The notes under the pieces: model-generated
What the model saw: the letters and a program-made list of their open reading frames with translations, nothing else
What the model was told of the DNA's origin: nothing
The model's database searches: none
In this document: one piece after another, positions 11,579 to 20,714 of the stretch
Layout of the letters: every line of letters starts with the position of its first letter
How positions within the stretch are numbered: position 1 is the first letter of the stretch
From: a virus
Lineage: Duplodnaviria; Caudoviricetes
Strand: one strand, 5' to 3'
Virus record (IMG/VR): IMGVR_UViG_3300035501_000922
DNA: 64,000 nucleotides
Translations under genes and position numbers: made by a program

Positions 11579-11590
11579 TAAATCATTGTT
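11579..11590 (-). promoter_or_regulatory. Late-type promoter AACA-N6-TA
   Basis: AACA ATGATT TA 30 nt upstream of fibre start. Confidence 0.65.
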
Positions 11591-11616
11591 TTTTGTATAT
11601 ATTAATGCAAAACATA

Positions 11617-11651
11617 AAAGACAAGTCATGAAAAACATGACTTGTCTTTTT
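11617..11651. terminator. Intrinsic terminator hairpin
   Basis: AAAAGACAAGTCATG/CATGACTTGTCTTTT perfect inverted repeat. Confidence 0.8.
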
Positions 11652-11653
11652 AT

Positions 11654-12520
11654 TTAAATATTAAATGAACTAAAGAAATCATCAACTTTGTGTTTAGTCT
11701 CAGGGCTGATATTAGCATAAATCATATTATCTTTATCTTTAATGATAGCATGTCTATGTGAATTATCAACACCAATTAATGACTCCATAGGTAAATCAAA
11801 TGATTCCATAATCATCTGTGTATTAACATCAGTCTTACCGATTGATTCAAGAATTTCTTTTAACGGAATCATAACTCCATTAATAGTTTCTTTTATATCA
11901 TTAACAGATTCAGTTACTGTCTTAATAGCTTTACTTACAGGTTTAATACTACTAATTGCATGAGCTTCTTTATGTGAAGGATACCATACAGCATCATATG
12001 TAATTAAGCGTCTTACAACAACAGTAGGTTTATTATTAATAAGCTTTAATGTTGCTATTGCTCTACAGCTAAATGACGGTTTCCATCCTGCTAAAATCTC
12101 TTTAGCAAAACCAATTCCAATATCTGTTTGAGCTGACTGAATCTTTCCTTGTAAAAGATTTCCAGTAAGTTTAGGGTTCATAATCTTAAATGTTCTTTTA
12201 ACAGGAGGAACATTCTGGATTCTTTCAGGACTAAGTTGTTCATCTTTTCTTTCAGGTGTGGGGTGGTCAAATTCACCAAACCAACAACCATCACGAAGTA
12301 AACATTGAATTTTTTCTTGCTGTATACATTCCCAGATGTTATCAGCTTTATACATTCTCTGGTTTCTGTTAATAACATCAAAAGACTGTAAGTTAGTATC
12401 AAACGTTACATAAAAAATCTTATTCTTATCGTAAACATCCATGTTACTAACAAGCTTGTCTCCTGTAACAGATTCTGATATATACATAAGACCAGCATCT
12501 TCATTAAGTTTTGTATTCAT
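11654..12520 (-). CDS. Prohead protease (T4 gp21-like)
   Basis: NRNQRMY, GEFDHP, FSCRA, ITYDAVWYPSH motifs; C-terminal xxE|S sites typical of self-cleavage. Confidence 0.85.
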   Translation of the reverse strand: MNTKLNEDAGLMYISESVTGDKLVSNMDVYDKNKIFYVTFDTNLQSFDVINRNQRMYKADNIWECIQQEKIQCLLRDGCWFGEFDHPTPERKDEQLSPERIQNVPPVKRTFKIMNPKLTGNLLQGKIQSAQTDIGIGFAKEILAGWKPSFSCRAIATLKLINNKPTVVVRRLITYDAVWYPSHKEAHAISSIKPVSKAIKTVTESVNDIKETINGVMIPLKEILESIGKTDVNTQMIMESFDLPMESLIGVDNSHRHAIIKDKDNMIYANISPETKHKVDDFFSSFNI

Positions 12521-12537
12521 AAAATCACTACCTTTCT

Positions 12538-13323
12538 TTATAGTTTCAAAGCAATAAAACCATTATAGTAATATTGCTCAAGATTATATTCAAAAACACA
12601 ATCTGAATATGCATTCATTGGGATATTTGTTAAAGGTGTATAAAAAGCATACGGGCAATAATCATTATCACCCATTACAGGTACAGGTACTAACTCCATT
12701 TTTGAACCAACGATTGCAGAAAAATACTGTATATTCATATTATATAAACCCGTCGTTTTATTAGTAGTACACCGCAAATAATTTGTTGTAGTGGGTCCAC
12801 TGGCATATAAATTACGAGATGAACTATTATATGTAAATTCACTAGGTCGTATAATAGCGATGTTATCATTAATAGTCTTGGTTAAAATAATAGTAGATAC
12901 CGTCTTGTATGTTAAACCACAATCTGTGTAGTTAAATGTGAAACCGATACCATGGGTCGTTCTTATAATATCAGTAATGATACATTCACGTGCTGATGTA
13001 CCCGTATAACATAGATCAAGTCTGTTCGTATACCCTATTATTGCGTTGTTGAGTTCATGTATGACATAACCATTACCATCATATGACGCTGTATAAAGAA
13101 GATTACCATTAGCAGGTCTATAAACAAACCTAATTATTTCATTATTACCATTAAAGCAACGTAGATATAGTTTATCATCTGAAAATATTTTGTTATCTGT
13201 GGGCTCTTCAATTTTTATTTCCGTAAAATAATCCTGAGCATTTTCTTCCAACCACGCTTTTATTTCAGCAAACATGTTGTCATAACTGCTTAAGTTTTTA
13301 AGTTTATATCTCACAAGTCCCAT
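12538..13323 (-). CDS. Putative virion protein, paralog of 13330..14163
   Basis: Shared RYK.KN N-terminus, TKT.N.NIA.I.PS, GD.DYCP..FYT, YY.NGFIAL. Confidence 0.6.
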   Translation of the reverse strand: MGLVRYKLKNLSSYDNMFAEIKAWLEENAQDYFTEIKIEEPTDNKIFSDDKLYLRCFNGNNEIIRFVYRPANGNLLYTASYDGNGYVIHELNNAIIGYTNRLDLCYTGTSARECIITDIIRTTHGIGFTFNYTDCGLTYKTVSTIILTKTINDNIAIIRPSEFTYNSSSRNLYASGPTTTNYLRCTTNKTTGLYNMNIQYFSAIVGSKMELVPVPVMGDNDYCPYAFYTPLTNIPMNAYSDCVFEYNLEQYYYNGFIALKL

Positions 13324-13329
13324 AAGTAT

Positions 13330-14163
13330 TTATTCACTTCCTATCTCTAATGCAATAAACCCATTAAAATAATAAAGTTTACCCTCAAAATTCATTATAC
13401 TATCAGCTCTACTATCAATTAAAGAAAATGGTGATGTTAATGTATAAAATACATGAGGACAATAATCATCATCACCACACACTAATACGGGTGCTAGAGA
13501 TGTCAACTCATGATATGTTGTACTCCACGTAATGCTAGTATCATAATAGGTTCCTCTACTTTTATTTGTTACAGCTTGAAGATAGTTTGTTTTGTTTTCG
13601 CCACCGGTTGTAGTACCGGTACCATTATATAAATAGTAGCTAGGCATGATAACCGCTATGTTATTATTATAAGTTTTTGTAATTGTTACACACCCATAAC
13701 TAAATACCGAAGGATATAAAGATTCACCTATGCAGAAAGATATACCATAGTCTGTTTTTATTATCTCAAAAATACGATTCATTATATAATGATTTGCATA
13801 CCAGCCACTATTTGGAAAACCGTTATTTTTATTATATGTATCGCTTGGAAGTTCTAAATATTTATCGTCATAAATATATCTATAAATATTTAAACCATGA
13901 CTTTTATTTTCTCCACCGTCATTTGTATAATTCGTGAATTTAAAAATATTTTTATTATCTTTTTTAAACACAACACTTACCGTATCTTTTATTGCAGTAC
14001 CATTTGATACAGCAGTATTATAATCGTCGTTATTATCATAATCGCAAACAAAATTGATTTCATCAAAATAATCTGTAGCTATCTCATCCATGACCTGTTT
14101 AACTTCAGCCAAATTTTCATACTGATAAGTTACATTCTTTATTTTATATCTTGTAAAATTCAT
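13330..14163 (-). CDS. Putative virion protein, paralog of 12538..13323
   Basis: Same shared motifs; tandem duplication. Confidence 0.6.
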   Translation of the reverse strand: MNFTRYKIKNVTYQYENLAEVKQVMDEIATDYFDEINFVCDYDNNDDYNTAVSNGTAIKDTVSVVFKKDNKNIFKFTNYTNDGGENKSHGLNIYRYIYDDKYLELPSDTYNKNNGFPNSGWYANHYIMNRIFEIIKTDYGISFCIGESLYPSVFSYGCVTITKTYNNNIAVIMPSYYLYNGTGTTTGGENKTNYLQAVTNKSRGTYYDTSITWSTTYHELTSLAPVLVCGDDDYCPHVFYTLTSPFSLIDSRADSIMNFEGKLYYFNGFIALEIGSE

Positions 14164-14175
14164 GTAATCACCTTC

Positions 14176-14898
14176 TTAAATATAATACATGGGTTGCATA
14201 TCAATATGATATGAATCATCCCATTTATTGATTAATTCATCTCTTGCTGATTCAGCATTTGCCCAATCATCAAGTTTAAGATTTATATTTCCTATTGCAG
14301 TATTTAATTCTGTATACATTTTTAATGTAGGATAAAGATTTGCTTTTACATCAAGTGATGCTAACTGCATAAATGATTCTCTTGCAGTTTCAGGTATTGA
14401 TGCTAATGATTTGTCATGCTCAAATCCTAATTCTAAAACTATTTTAGAACTGGAATAAAGATTATATAGATATAATTTCCTTGGTGGTTCATATTTAAAT
14501 GTCATCTTAGGCATCATCTGGTTAATCATATTAGCACCGGCATTAGCAAGTAATGTTTGGCTTATTATGTTTCCTGTCATAAGAGGCATACCACCACCGT
14601 AATATCCAAGTCCTGAAAGACAAGAGTCATCATACCTAACGTCAAATACGTACAGTAAATTCCTACTCTTAAATTCAGGAAGCAAATATACTTTATACTG
14701 TTCAGTCTTATCAATTCTTGTTAAATCATTTGTATTTAATGTAAGAAATTCTTTACATGGTTGATACAATGAAAAAACAGGAAGAGTAATATCTTTAATA
14801 ATAGTTTCCATAGTTTCATCAAGATTTTCAAATGGCGTTGATATTGCCATTAATCCTAATGATAACTTAATTCTTGTTATTACATTAGACATATTCAC
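14176..14898 (-). CDS. Putative neck/head-completion protein (gp13-like)
   Basis: RIKLSLG N-terminus and WANAESARDELINKW C-terminus resemble myovirus neck proteins; structural context. Confidence 0.5.
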   Translation of the reverse strand: MNMSNVITRIKLSLGLMAISTPFENLDETMETIIKDITLPVFSLYQPCKEFLTLNTNDLTRIDKTEQYKVYLLPEFKSRNLLYVFDVRYDDSCLSGLGYYGGGMPLMTGNIISQTLLANAGANMINQMMPKMTFKYEPPRKLYLYNLYSSSKIVLELGFEHDKSLASIPETARESFMQLASLDVKANLYPTLKMYTELNTAIGNINLKLDDWANAESARDELINKWDDSYHIDMQPMYYI

Positions 14899-14931
14899 GG
14901 ATAATCACCTCGGTTTAAGTTAAGATATATC

Positions 14932-14948
14932 TTAAAACATTGTTTTAA
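14932..14948. promoter_or_regulatory. Bidirectional palindromic late-type promoter
   Basis: TTAAAACA-T-TGTTTTAA gives AACA-N6-TA on both strands between divergent genes. Confidence 0.65.
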
Positions 14949-14976
14949 CTACATAAAAAAGAGGGGTGACATATTA

Positions 14977-15402
14977 ATGTTATTTAAGAATAAGTATGTT
15001 GTTGCATACGAAAAGAAGATAAAAATTATAGTTGCTTCCAATATTACATATATTAAAAAGCGTTTAAATATATTTCCGAAGAATACATTAAGAAAACTAA
15101 ATAAAATGAAATTAGATAAAACCATAGAAGTTAGTGGTAAATCATATACAAGTGGTGAACTAACAAAACTGGTTTTATCTAAACAAAAAGAATTAACAAA
15201 AGAAACAAGTGTTTCTTCATACAGTGAAGTGTTAAAATCTTTTTCTAGAGAATGCAGTGGTAAGAATATGAATCAAGAGCAGTATAATGAAATATACGAA
15301 AAATATCAAGGTTTATTAAGAGATAGATTAAAGACAAATAAAGATGATTTATATTTTTGCTTAGATGCTTTAAAAGCAATAGAAAAAAGTTTTAAGGAAT
15401 AA
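14977..15402 (+). CDS. Hypothetical late protein
   Basis: ORF with GAGGGGTG RBS downstream of late motif. Confidence 0.7.
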   Translation: MLFKNKYVVAYEKKIKIIVASNITYIKKRLNIFPKNTLRKLNKMKLDKTIEVSGKSYTSGELTKLVLSKQKELTKETSVSSYSEVLKSFSRECSGKNMNQEQYNEIYEKYQGLLRDRLKTNKDDLYFCLDALKAIEKSFKE

Positions 15403-15421
15403 AATAAGAGAGGTAATAATA

Positions 15422-15748
15422 ATGGATAATTCTATTATATATGACACATTATTAGAAAAATATTCAAGTAATGAACTTAATGAAAATGAGTTCATTGAAC
15501 TGGTAGAAGCAGTATCACGAAAATCCGGTAATAAATCTTCTAATAATAGTCAAGACATTGCTAAAGCTAGAAAATTCGTAAAAGACGTTATAGATATGGC
15601 TAAAGAAAGGAATTTAAACTGCTTTGTGGTTACAGACGGGGCATCTGGAATTACAAACAATGGTAATGAAGCGGTTCGTAATGCTAGAAAAGCACAAGAA
15701 GAATGGGAAAGAAAACATGGATTTGATCCCGATGAGGATTGGGGTTAA
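15422..15748 (+). CDS. Putative internal head protein with acidic leader
   Basis: Leader YDTLLEKY...FIELVE|AV related to neighbouring leaders. Confidence 0.55.
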   Translation: MDNSIIYDTLLEKYSSNELNENEFIELVEAVSRKSGNKSSNNSQDIAKARKFVKDVIDMAKERNLNCFVVTDGASGITNNGNEAVRNARKAQEEWERKHGFDPDEDWG

Positions 15749-15750
15749 AT

Positions 15751-15784
15751 AAAAGGAATTAGTATACGAATACTAATTCCTTTT
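15751..15784. terminator. Intrinsic terminator hairpin
   Basis: AAAAGGAATTAGTAT/ATACTAATTCCTTTT. Confidence 0.8.
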
Positions 15785-15796
15785 ATGTCTACAATT

Positions 15797-15868
15797 AAAA
15801 AACAAAAATATAAATTAATTATTATGAAAGAAGGTACTTATAATGGATATTGAAAATGAATTATATGA
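15797..15868 (+). repeat. Promoter+RBS+MDIENELY leader cassette, copy 1
   Basis: About 72 bp identical to 19297..19368 and mostly to 18715..18786 (-). Confidence 0.9.
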
Positions 15869-16550
15869 TTTATTAATTGATGCTATATGTGAAAAGTATA
15901 ATGATGGTATTATTAATGAACAAGATAGTATACTGTTGTTAGAAGGCGTAACAAATGTACTAAGAGCAGGGGTACTTGAAAATATTGACACGTTAGCAGA
16001 AGATAATAACGATTATAAACGTGAATATAAGAAAGCTATGGCTGAGTATAAAGAGAATATGAGATGTATTAAAAAATTAGTGCGAGAAAAGGATTTTAAA
16101 AATGCACGGTTACATTTAAAAAAGGCTCAAGATTCTCTTAAAAAAGCTAAGGGTATTATTACTGATATGGATAGCAGCATGACAGCTACTGCACTTTCAT
16201 GGATTACTCCATCACTTGAAGAAGCAATGAAAATATGTTTGACAGAGTTTACGGCTGTTATTATGTACGAGGTATCAGCACGTATGGTCGGATCTGCTGC
16301 GACTAAAAAAGAACATGATGAAAATGTTAAAGTGGCACGAGCTGTCGGTAAAACTTTATCACACTCTATATTATTTATACGAAAACTTAGAGTTACTTTA
16401 AAGAATCCTTCTGATAATGCTACAACCAATCTTAATGCAACTAGAGCAAGAATCTTATTAGAATTCGAAAAACTTGAAGACAAATTAGAAGACTATGAAG
16501 ATGTCATTGATGACAAAGAAGATAAATATAATACAACTAAAGTTGAATAA
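15843..16550 (+). CDS. Putative internal head/ejection protein (MDIENELY family)
   Basis: Leader ending LLLE|G; paralog of 16596..17405. Confidence 0.6.
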   Translation: MDIENELYDLLIDAICEKYNDGIINEQDSILLLEGVTNVLRAGVLENIDTLAEDNNDYKREYKKAMAEYKENMRCIKKLVREKDFKNARLHLKKAQDSLKKAKGIITDMDSSMTATALSWITPSLEEAMKICLTEFTAVIMYEVSARMVGSAATKKEHDENVKVARAVGKTLSHSILFIRKLRVTLKNPSDNATTNLNATRARILLEFEKLEDKLEDYEDVIDDKEDKYNTTKVE

Positions 16551-16593
16551 ATAAAATAAGAGTTACTATAATTATAGTAACTCTTATTTTATT
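16551..16593. terminator. Bidirectional terminator
   Basis: ATAAAATAAGAGTTACTATA/TATAGTAACTCTTATTTTAT between convergent genes. Confidence 0.8.
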
Positions 16594-16595
16594 TA

Positions 16596-17405
16596 TTAAA
16601 GATACTTGTCAGCGGCTCTTTCCATCAGCATAATTGCATCATTTGCAGAAATCTCATCATTAGAGAACTTCTCACAAATTGCGTCAACTAAAGCATCATA
16701 CATATATTCAGCAGATTCATTAGTACTCTGTCCCTGCTTTTTATTAAGCTTAAGTTCTTTTTTATTAATCTTCTTTTCAAAGCTAAGAAGATGCTTCTTA
16801 CATTGTTGTAAGGAAAGGACGATTCTTGCACGAGCAGGGTTTAATGCTTTGGCAGGATCAAGACTAGGATCGTATGCTTTATAAATACTAACTGCATTAT
16901 TAAATGTGGTAGTAAATGCAACAGACGCCTGCGCCACCATCGTTTCCTGTTTACTTTTTTTTACAGTATCAGAACTTACTTTTCCTGCAATGTTTCCAAT
17001 CCCAAGTAATGTATTCAATGTGCCCATTGTTAATGTTATGGCAATATAACCCTGGGTATAATCGATCATCCAGCTCATGCAGGTATCTAATGCTGAAGAG
17101 TCAATGCTATTAATGAGCTTTATACCATCATTAATTTTATCAGTCGCTTTAGAAAGTTCCGTGCGTGCTTTGTCAAATTCACCTGACTTAATACTAGCCT
17201 TAAGCTGAGTTACTATCGTCTTATAATCAGAAACTATCTTCTTATATTCAGCCTTATACTTATCAGAAACCGCTTTTGATTTCTTTAAGGAATCATCAGG
17301 ATCTACAATACTGTCTGATTCCAGCATCAAATCCATACAAGATTCAATAAATTCAGCATCATCCGAATCATTAATTAATTCGAGAAAATCATTATAATCA
17401 TTCAT
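16596..17405 (-). CDS. Putative internal head/ejection protein, paralog of 15843..16550
   Basis: Shared YK.EYKK, DSS...T..SW, LN..RARI.L blocks; AACA-N6-TA at 17443..17454. Confidence 0.6.
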   Translation of the reverse strand: MNDYNDFLELINDSDDAEFIESCMDLMLESDSIVDPDDSLKKSKAVSDKYKAEYKKIVSDYKTIVTQLKASIKSGEFDKARTELSKATDKINDGIKLINSIDSSALDTCMSWMIDYTQGYIAITLTMGTLNTLLGIGNIAGKVSSDTVKKSKQETMVAQASVAFTTTFNNAVSIYKAYDPSLDPAKALNPARARIVLSLQQCKKHLLSFEKKINKKELKLNKKQGQSTNESAEYMYDALVDAICEKFSNDEISANDAIMLMERAADKYL

Positions 17406-17457
17406 TAATAAAACCTTCTTTCATAAAAATAAAAAATTTTTTTATTTTATTGTTGGT

Positions 17458-17938
17458 TTACGGATATCTTAATTTTTTTAGCAGTTCATTGGTTTCATCA
17501 TTGTACTTTCTTAGGTCATCCATAGTCAAACCATTATTATCATTTTTTCCATTTATGATTCTATTATTGGCAAGTATATCAGATCTACACTTGTATATGT
17601 CTCCTTTTATTTTTATTGCTTCAAGAAATTCATCAGTATTAATAATATCTTTATCTAAATACGGCTGTAAATCTTTAGCTAGCTTTTTCATTTCTTCTTT
17701 CTTCTTTTCATTGTCTTCAGAAGCTTTCTTTTTTCGAATATCACCAACACCTTTTAGAATAACTGTAGCAGCTATTGTTGCTGAAGCTATAATCAAAATC
17801 ATTTTTATCTTTTTCTTTCTTTTATCACTCTCTTTTTTTATTTTTTTTTTGTTCTTCTTCCTGCTTCTTCTTTTGTGCATCATCAGTGGCAATATCTGTT
17901 TCACACATTAATTCATATAATTCATTTTCAATATTCAT
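17458..17938 (-). pseudogene. MNIENELY-family gene frameshifted in an A10 tract
   Basis: ATG 17938 after AAGGAGG gives MNIENELYELMCETDIA...KKRE*; A9 instead of A10 at 17841..17850 would join it to the 17458 frame. Confidence 0.75.
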
Positions 17939-17967
17939 TAGTAAAACCTCCTTAAATATAAATCGAT

Positions 17968-18747
17968 TTATATGTTTGTCTTTTTCACATTTTTAATACC
18001 ATCTACAATAGCACCTATTCTGTCTCCGCCACTATCAATAAGTCTATCATATGCTTCTAATATTTTAGGACCATTTTTTTTATTGCTAGATGTATTGGTA
18101 CGATTTGTTTTTTTACTATCATTACCTATTGTTGTTGCTTTACTCACTGCTCCTGCGGCTTTATCAATGTTTTGTTTCGTTTTTTGAACAGCCTCGTTTA
18201 TTGTTTTTACTTTGTCTATTGTTTCTGTAGTACGTTTGCTAATAGATTCATACATATCGGTTCCAGCATTAACTATTTTTTCAAGTCCATCTTTACTTTG
18301 TTTTTTTATAGTATCCGACCGTTTATTCATTTTCGTATCTCTTTTTTTAAGTTCGGACAAATCACTGTTTAGTGATTTCATCGATTTTTTAAGTGTATTA
18401 GCGGCACCATTTAACTTACTAATATTTTGTTCTTGTTTATCCAATCGTTGTTTCAGTTCCTCCATTTCAAGTCTTTGTTTTATATATGTTATCGTTGCAA
18501 GTGCCGCAAAACATATTAATATTCCATTACGTATTTTTTTTTCTAATTTTGTCTTTTTATCGTTACCAGAATTACTACTATTATCTATATGTATTTCAAC
18601 CGCAGGTGAAGTTTTTTCTTCATTAATTGTTTTATGGTTATTTATACTAGCAGTTTTTTGTACAGCTTCCGTTAACAATATACTCATATCTTCACTGGTA
18701 TTATCATACTCACACATTAATTCATATAATTCATTTTCAATATCCAT
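17968..18747 (-). CDS. MDIENELY-family protein with one hydrophobic helix and coiled coil
   Basis: Leader MDIENELYELMCE...LLTE|AV; GILICFAALATITYI segment. Confidence 0.7.
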   Translation of the reverse strand: MDIENELYELMCEYDNTSEDMSILLTEAVQKTASINNHKTINEEKTSPAVEIHIDNSSNSGNDKKTKLEKKIRNGILICFAALATITYIKQRLEMEELKQRLDKQEQNISKLNGAANTLKKSMKSLNSDLSELKKRDTKMNKRSDTIKKQSKDGLEKIVNAGTDMYESISKRTTETIDKVKTINEAVQKTKQNIDKAAGAVSKATTIGNDSKKTNRTNTSSNKKNGPKILEAYDRLIDSGGDRIGAIVDGIKNVKKTNI

Positions 18748-18786
18748 TATAAGTACCTTCTTTCATAATAATTAATTTATATTTTT
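18715..18786 (-). repeat. Leader cassette, copy 2 (AACA of promoter lost)
   Basis: Identical to copy 3 from AAAAATATAAATT through ATGAATTAATG. Confidence 0.9.
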
Positions 18787-18795
18787 TGCATACAG

Positions 18796-19239
18796 TTATG
18801 ATTCGTCATCATGTACTTCATCATCAATATCTTCATCACTTGCATCTGATTGACATTCGTAGTTAAATTTATCAACTTCTAACGAGTGTTCTCTTTCAGT
18901 TTTGGTTTCAAAATAAGACTTAAGACAATACGCCATAAATGACACGGTTTCTGCAACTACTGCAGAGACTAAAGCATCTAGTGTTGTTAAATCCTGAAAT
19001 TTATACATTACAACCATTGCATATAATTCAACTACTGTACAGTTAATAACTATAAAAGCCATAATTTGTTTTGTTGTAGTTGATAAATCAATGGCACGTT
19101 TTTCAGGTTTAGCTGGCCCATAATCAGTCATAATATCTTTTATCTCTTGTTTTTCTTTTTTCTTCTTAGCTTTTTTAATAGCTTTTTCACGCTTTTTATC
19201 ATATTTTTTTGTATGTTCATTATTACTATCTATACCCAT
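18796..19239 (-). CDS. Two-TM membrane protein, putative holin
   Basis: Basic N-terminus, two hydrophobic helices, YCLKSYFETK, acidic tail; late motif 19276..19287. Confidence 0.5.
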   Translation of the reverse strand: MGIDSNNEHTKKYDKKREKAIKKAKKKKEKQEIKDIMTDYGPAKPEKRAIDLSTTTKQIMAFIVINCTVVELYAMVVMYKFQDLTTLDALVSAVVAETVSFMAYCLKSYFETKTEREHSLEVDKFNYECQSDASDEDIDDEVHDDES

Positions 19240-19296
19240 ATGTAACACCTTCTTTATTTTTTTGTTTTATTCAAATAAAATGGTGTTTATATGTAA

Positions 19297-19375
19297 AAAA
19301 AACAAAAATATAAATTAATTATTATGAAAGAAGGTACTTATAATGGATATTGAAAATGAATTATATGAATTAATG
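19297..19375 (+). repeat. Leader cassette, copy 3
   Basis: Identical to copies 1 and 2; contains AACA AAAATA TA at 19301..19312. Confidence 0.9.
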
Positions 19376-19939
19376 ATTGAAGCTGGAGTTCCCAGTAAAG
19401 AATTTACTATAAGTGGTAATAAATTAAAAACTTTAAGCAAAAAACTCGAGGATACAGACGGATTAATTCGTGAAAAAATAAAAGATTTAAAACGAATTGA
19501 AAAACAGATACAATCTAATTTTAAAGCAGATACTATCATGCATGTCGGTAAAAAAGAGTTAGTAAATGGAAAAGGAGCTGCTAAAAATGCAGAATATATT
19601 TATCGTTATTTAACAGAAACTTTCGTTAAAGCCTCAGGGGATGTAAAACTTTATAAAATTAAAGCTAAGAAAAAATATATCAGTAAAACTGAATATGATG
19701 AGATTGTAAGTTTTATTCATGATATTTATCATGTAGAAAAATACGTAACACGATTGGATAAAGCGACAAATGATAGCTCAGCTAATAAACAATTTAAATT
19801 TAAAAGTGATATTAATGATATTAGAACAAGTAAAGAAATAGATGATATAATGGACATACCAAATTTAGTAAAATCAAAACAAACAGGTATTAATCATGCT
19901 GATCTTAATGTGCGTAGTAGATTCAAAAAGGTGTTATAA
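19343..19939 (+). CDS. Basic putative internal head protein (MDIENELY family)
   Basis: MDIENELYELMIE|AG followed by unrelated Lys-rich body. Confidence 0.65.
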   Translation: MDIENELYELMIEAGVPSKEFTISGNKLKTLSKKLEDTDGLIREKIKDLKRIEKQIQSNFKADTIMHVGKKELVNGKGAAKNAEYIYRYLTETFVKASGDVKLYKIKAKKKYISKTEYDEIVSFIHDIYHVEKYVTRLDKATNDSSANKQFKFKSDINDIRTSKEIDDIMDIPNLVKSKQTGINHADLNVRSRFKKVL

Positions 19940-19942
19940 ATA

Positions 19943-19982
19943 TAAAGATATGAGAGAGGTTTTTCCTCTCTCATATCTTTTA
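19943..19982. terminator. Bidirectional terminator
   Basis: TAAAGATATGAGAGAGG/CCTCTCTCATATCTTT. Confidence 0.8.
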
Positions 19983-20714
19983 TAATTCTTTCTTAAGTTC
20001 AGAAGGTAGCATAAGACCTTTAGTAACTAAGTCGGTATTTAGTCCCATTCCTAAGAAGTATACTGAAGTAGTATTCAGTGTCGTTTTATTTAATACGTCA
20101 TCCTCAAGGTCTTCCATAGTAGCATAACCATTAAGGGATATATTTCTAAGCATCTGTTCTTTCATGTGCATATCATCAGCTCTAGGACCGTTTAACTCTC
20201 TTAAAGTGTTATTTAATCCCAATGATATAAGCATAGTATTTTCAAGGTCTGATTCACGACCGTTCTTATCTCCACCAGTTACCTGACCTGTTATAGACGA
20301 ACGAGAATCGATATTAGTTGAAATACCATTCTTTTTGCTAACAGTCTGTTGTGTTCTCTTTATGTTAATATATCCAACAGGAACAGGTTCTGTTGTTCCT
20401 ATAACTTTGGATTTATCCATTGTTAAATGAGGCATAAACACATCTTCGAATAAAGGAACATTGATAACTTTAGCAGCTCTTTCAATATCCTCCATATCAA
20501 TTGTATGTTCATAATCAACTATATCAAGGATTAAGTATGCATCTTCGTTTGCAAAGAGAGCTTTAAAATAAGATTCAAATTGTTGATTAGACATAGGTTG
20601 GAATAGCTCTTTATACTTTTTTGTATTCGTTCCTGATTTATCAAATGCATCAAAAAAATCATATATTAGTTTTTCCATTTTACCACGTTTGTTGTCCGTA
20701 ATCAAACTCATCAC
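19980..20714 (-). CDS. RNA polymerase beta C-terminal fragment subunit (likely virion RNAP)
   Basis: VPVGYINIKR..Q...RSSITGQVTG...GRESDLE...LREL...RADD aligns with the RpoB C-terminus; in late operon. Confidence 0.75.
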   Translation of the reverse strand: MMSLITDNKRGKMEKLIYDFFDAFDKSGTNTKKYKELFQPMSNQQFESYFKALFANEDAYLILDIVDYEHTIDMEDIERAAKVINVPLFEDVFMPHLTMDKSKVIGTTEPVPVGYINIKRTQQTVSKKNGISTNIDSRSSITGQVTGGDKNGRESDLENTMLISLGLNNTLRELNGPRADDMHMKEQMLRNISLNGYATMEDLEDDVLNKTTLNTTSVYFLGMGLNTDLVTKGLMLPSELKKEL

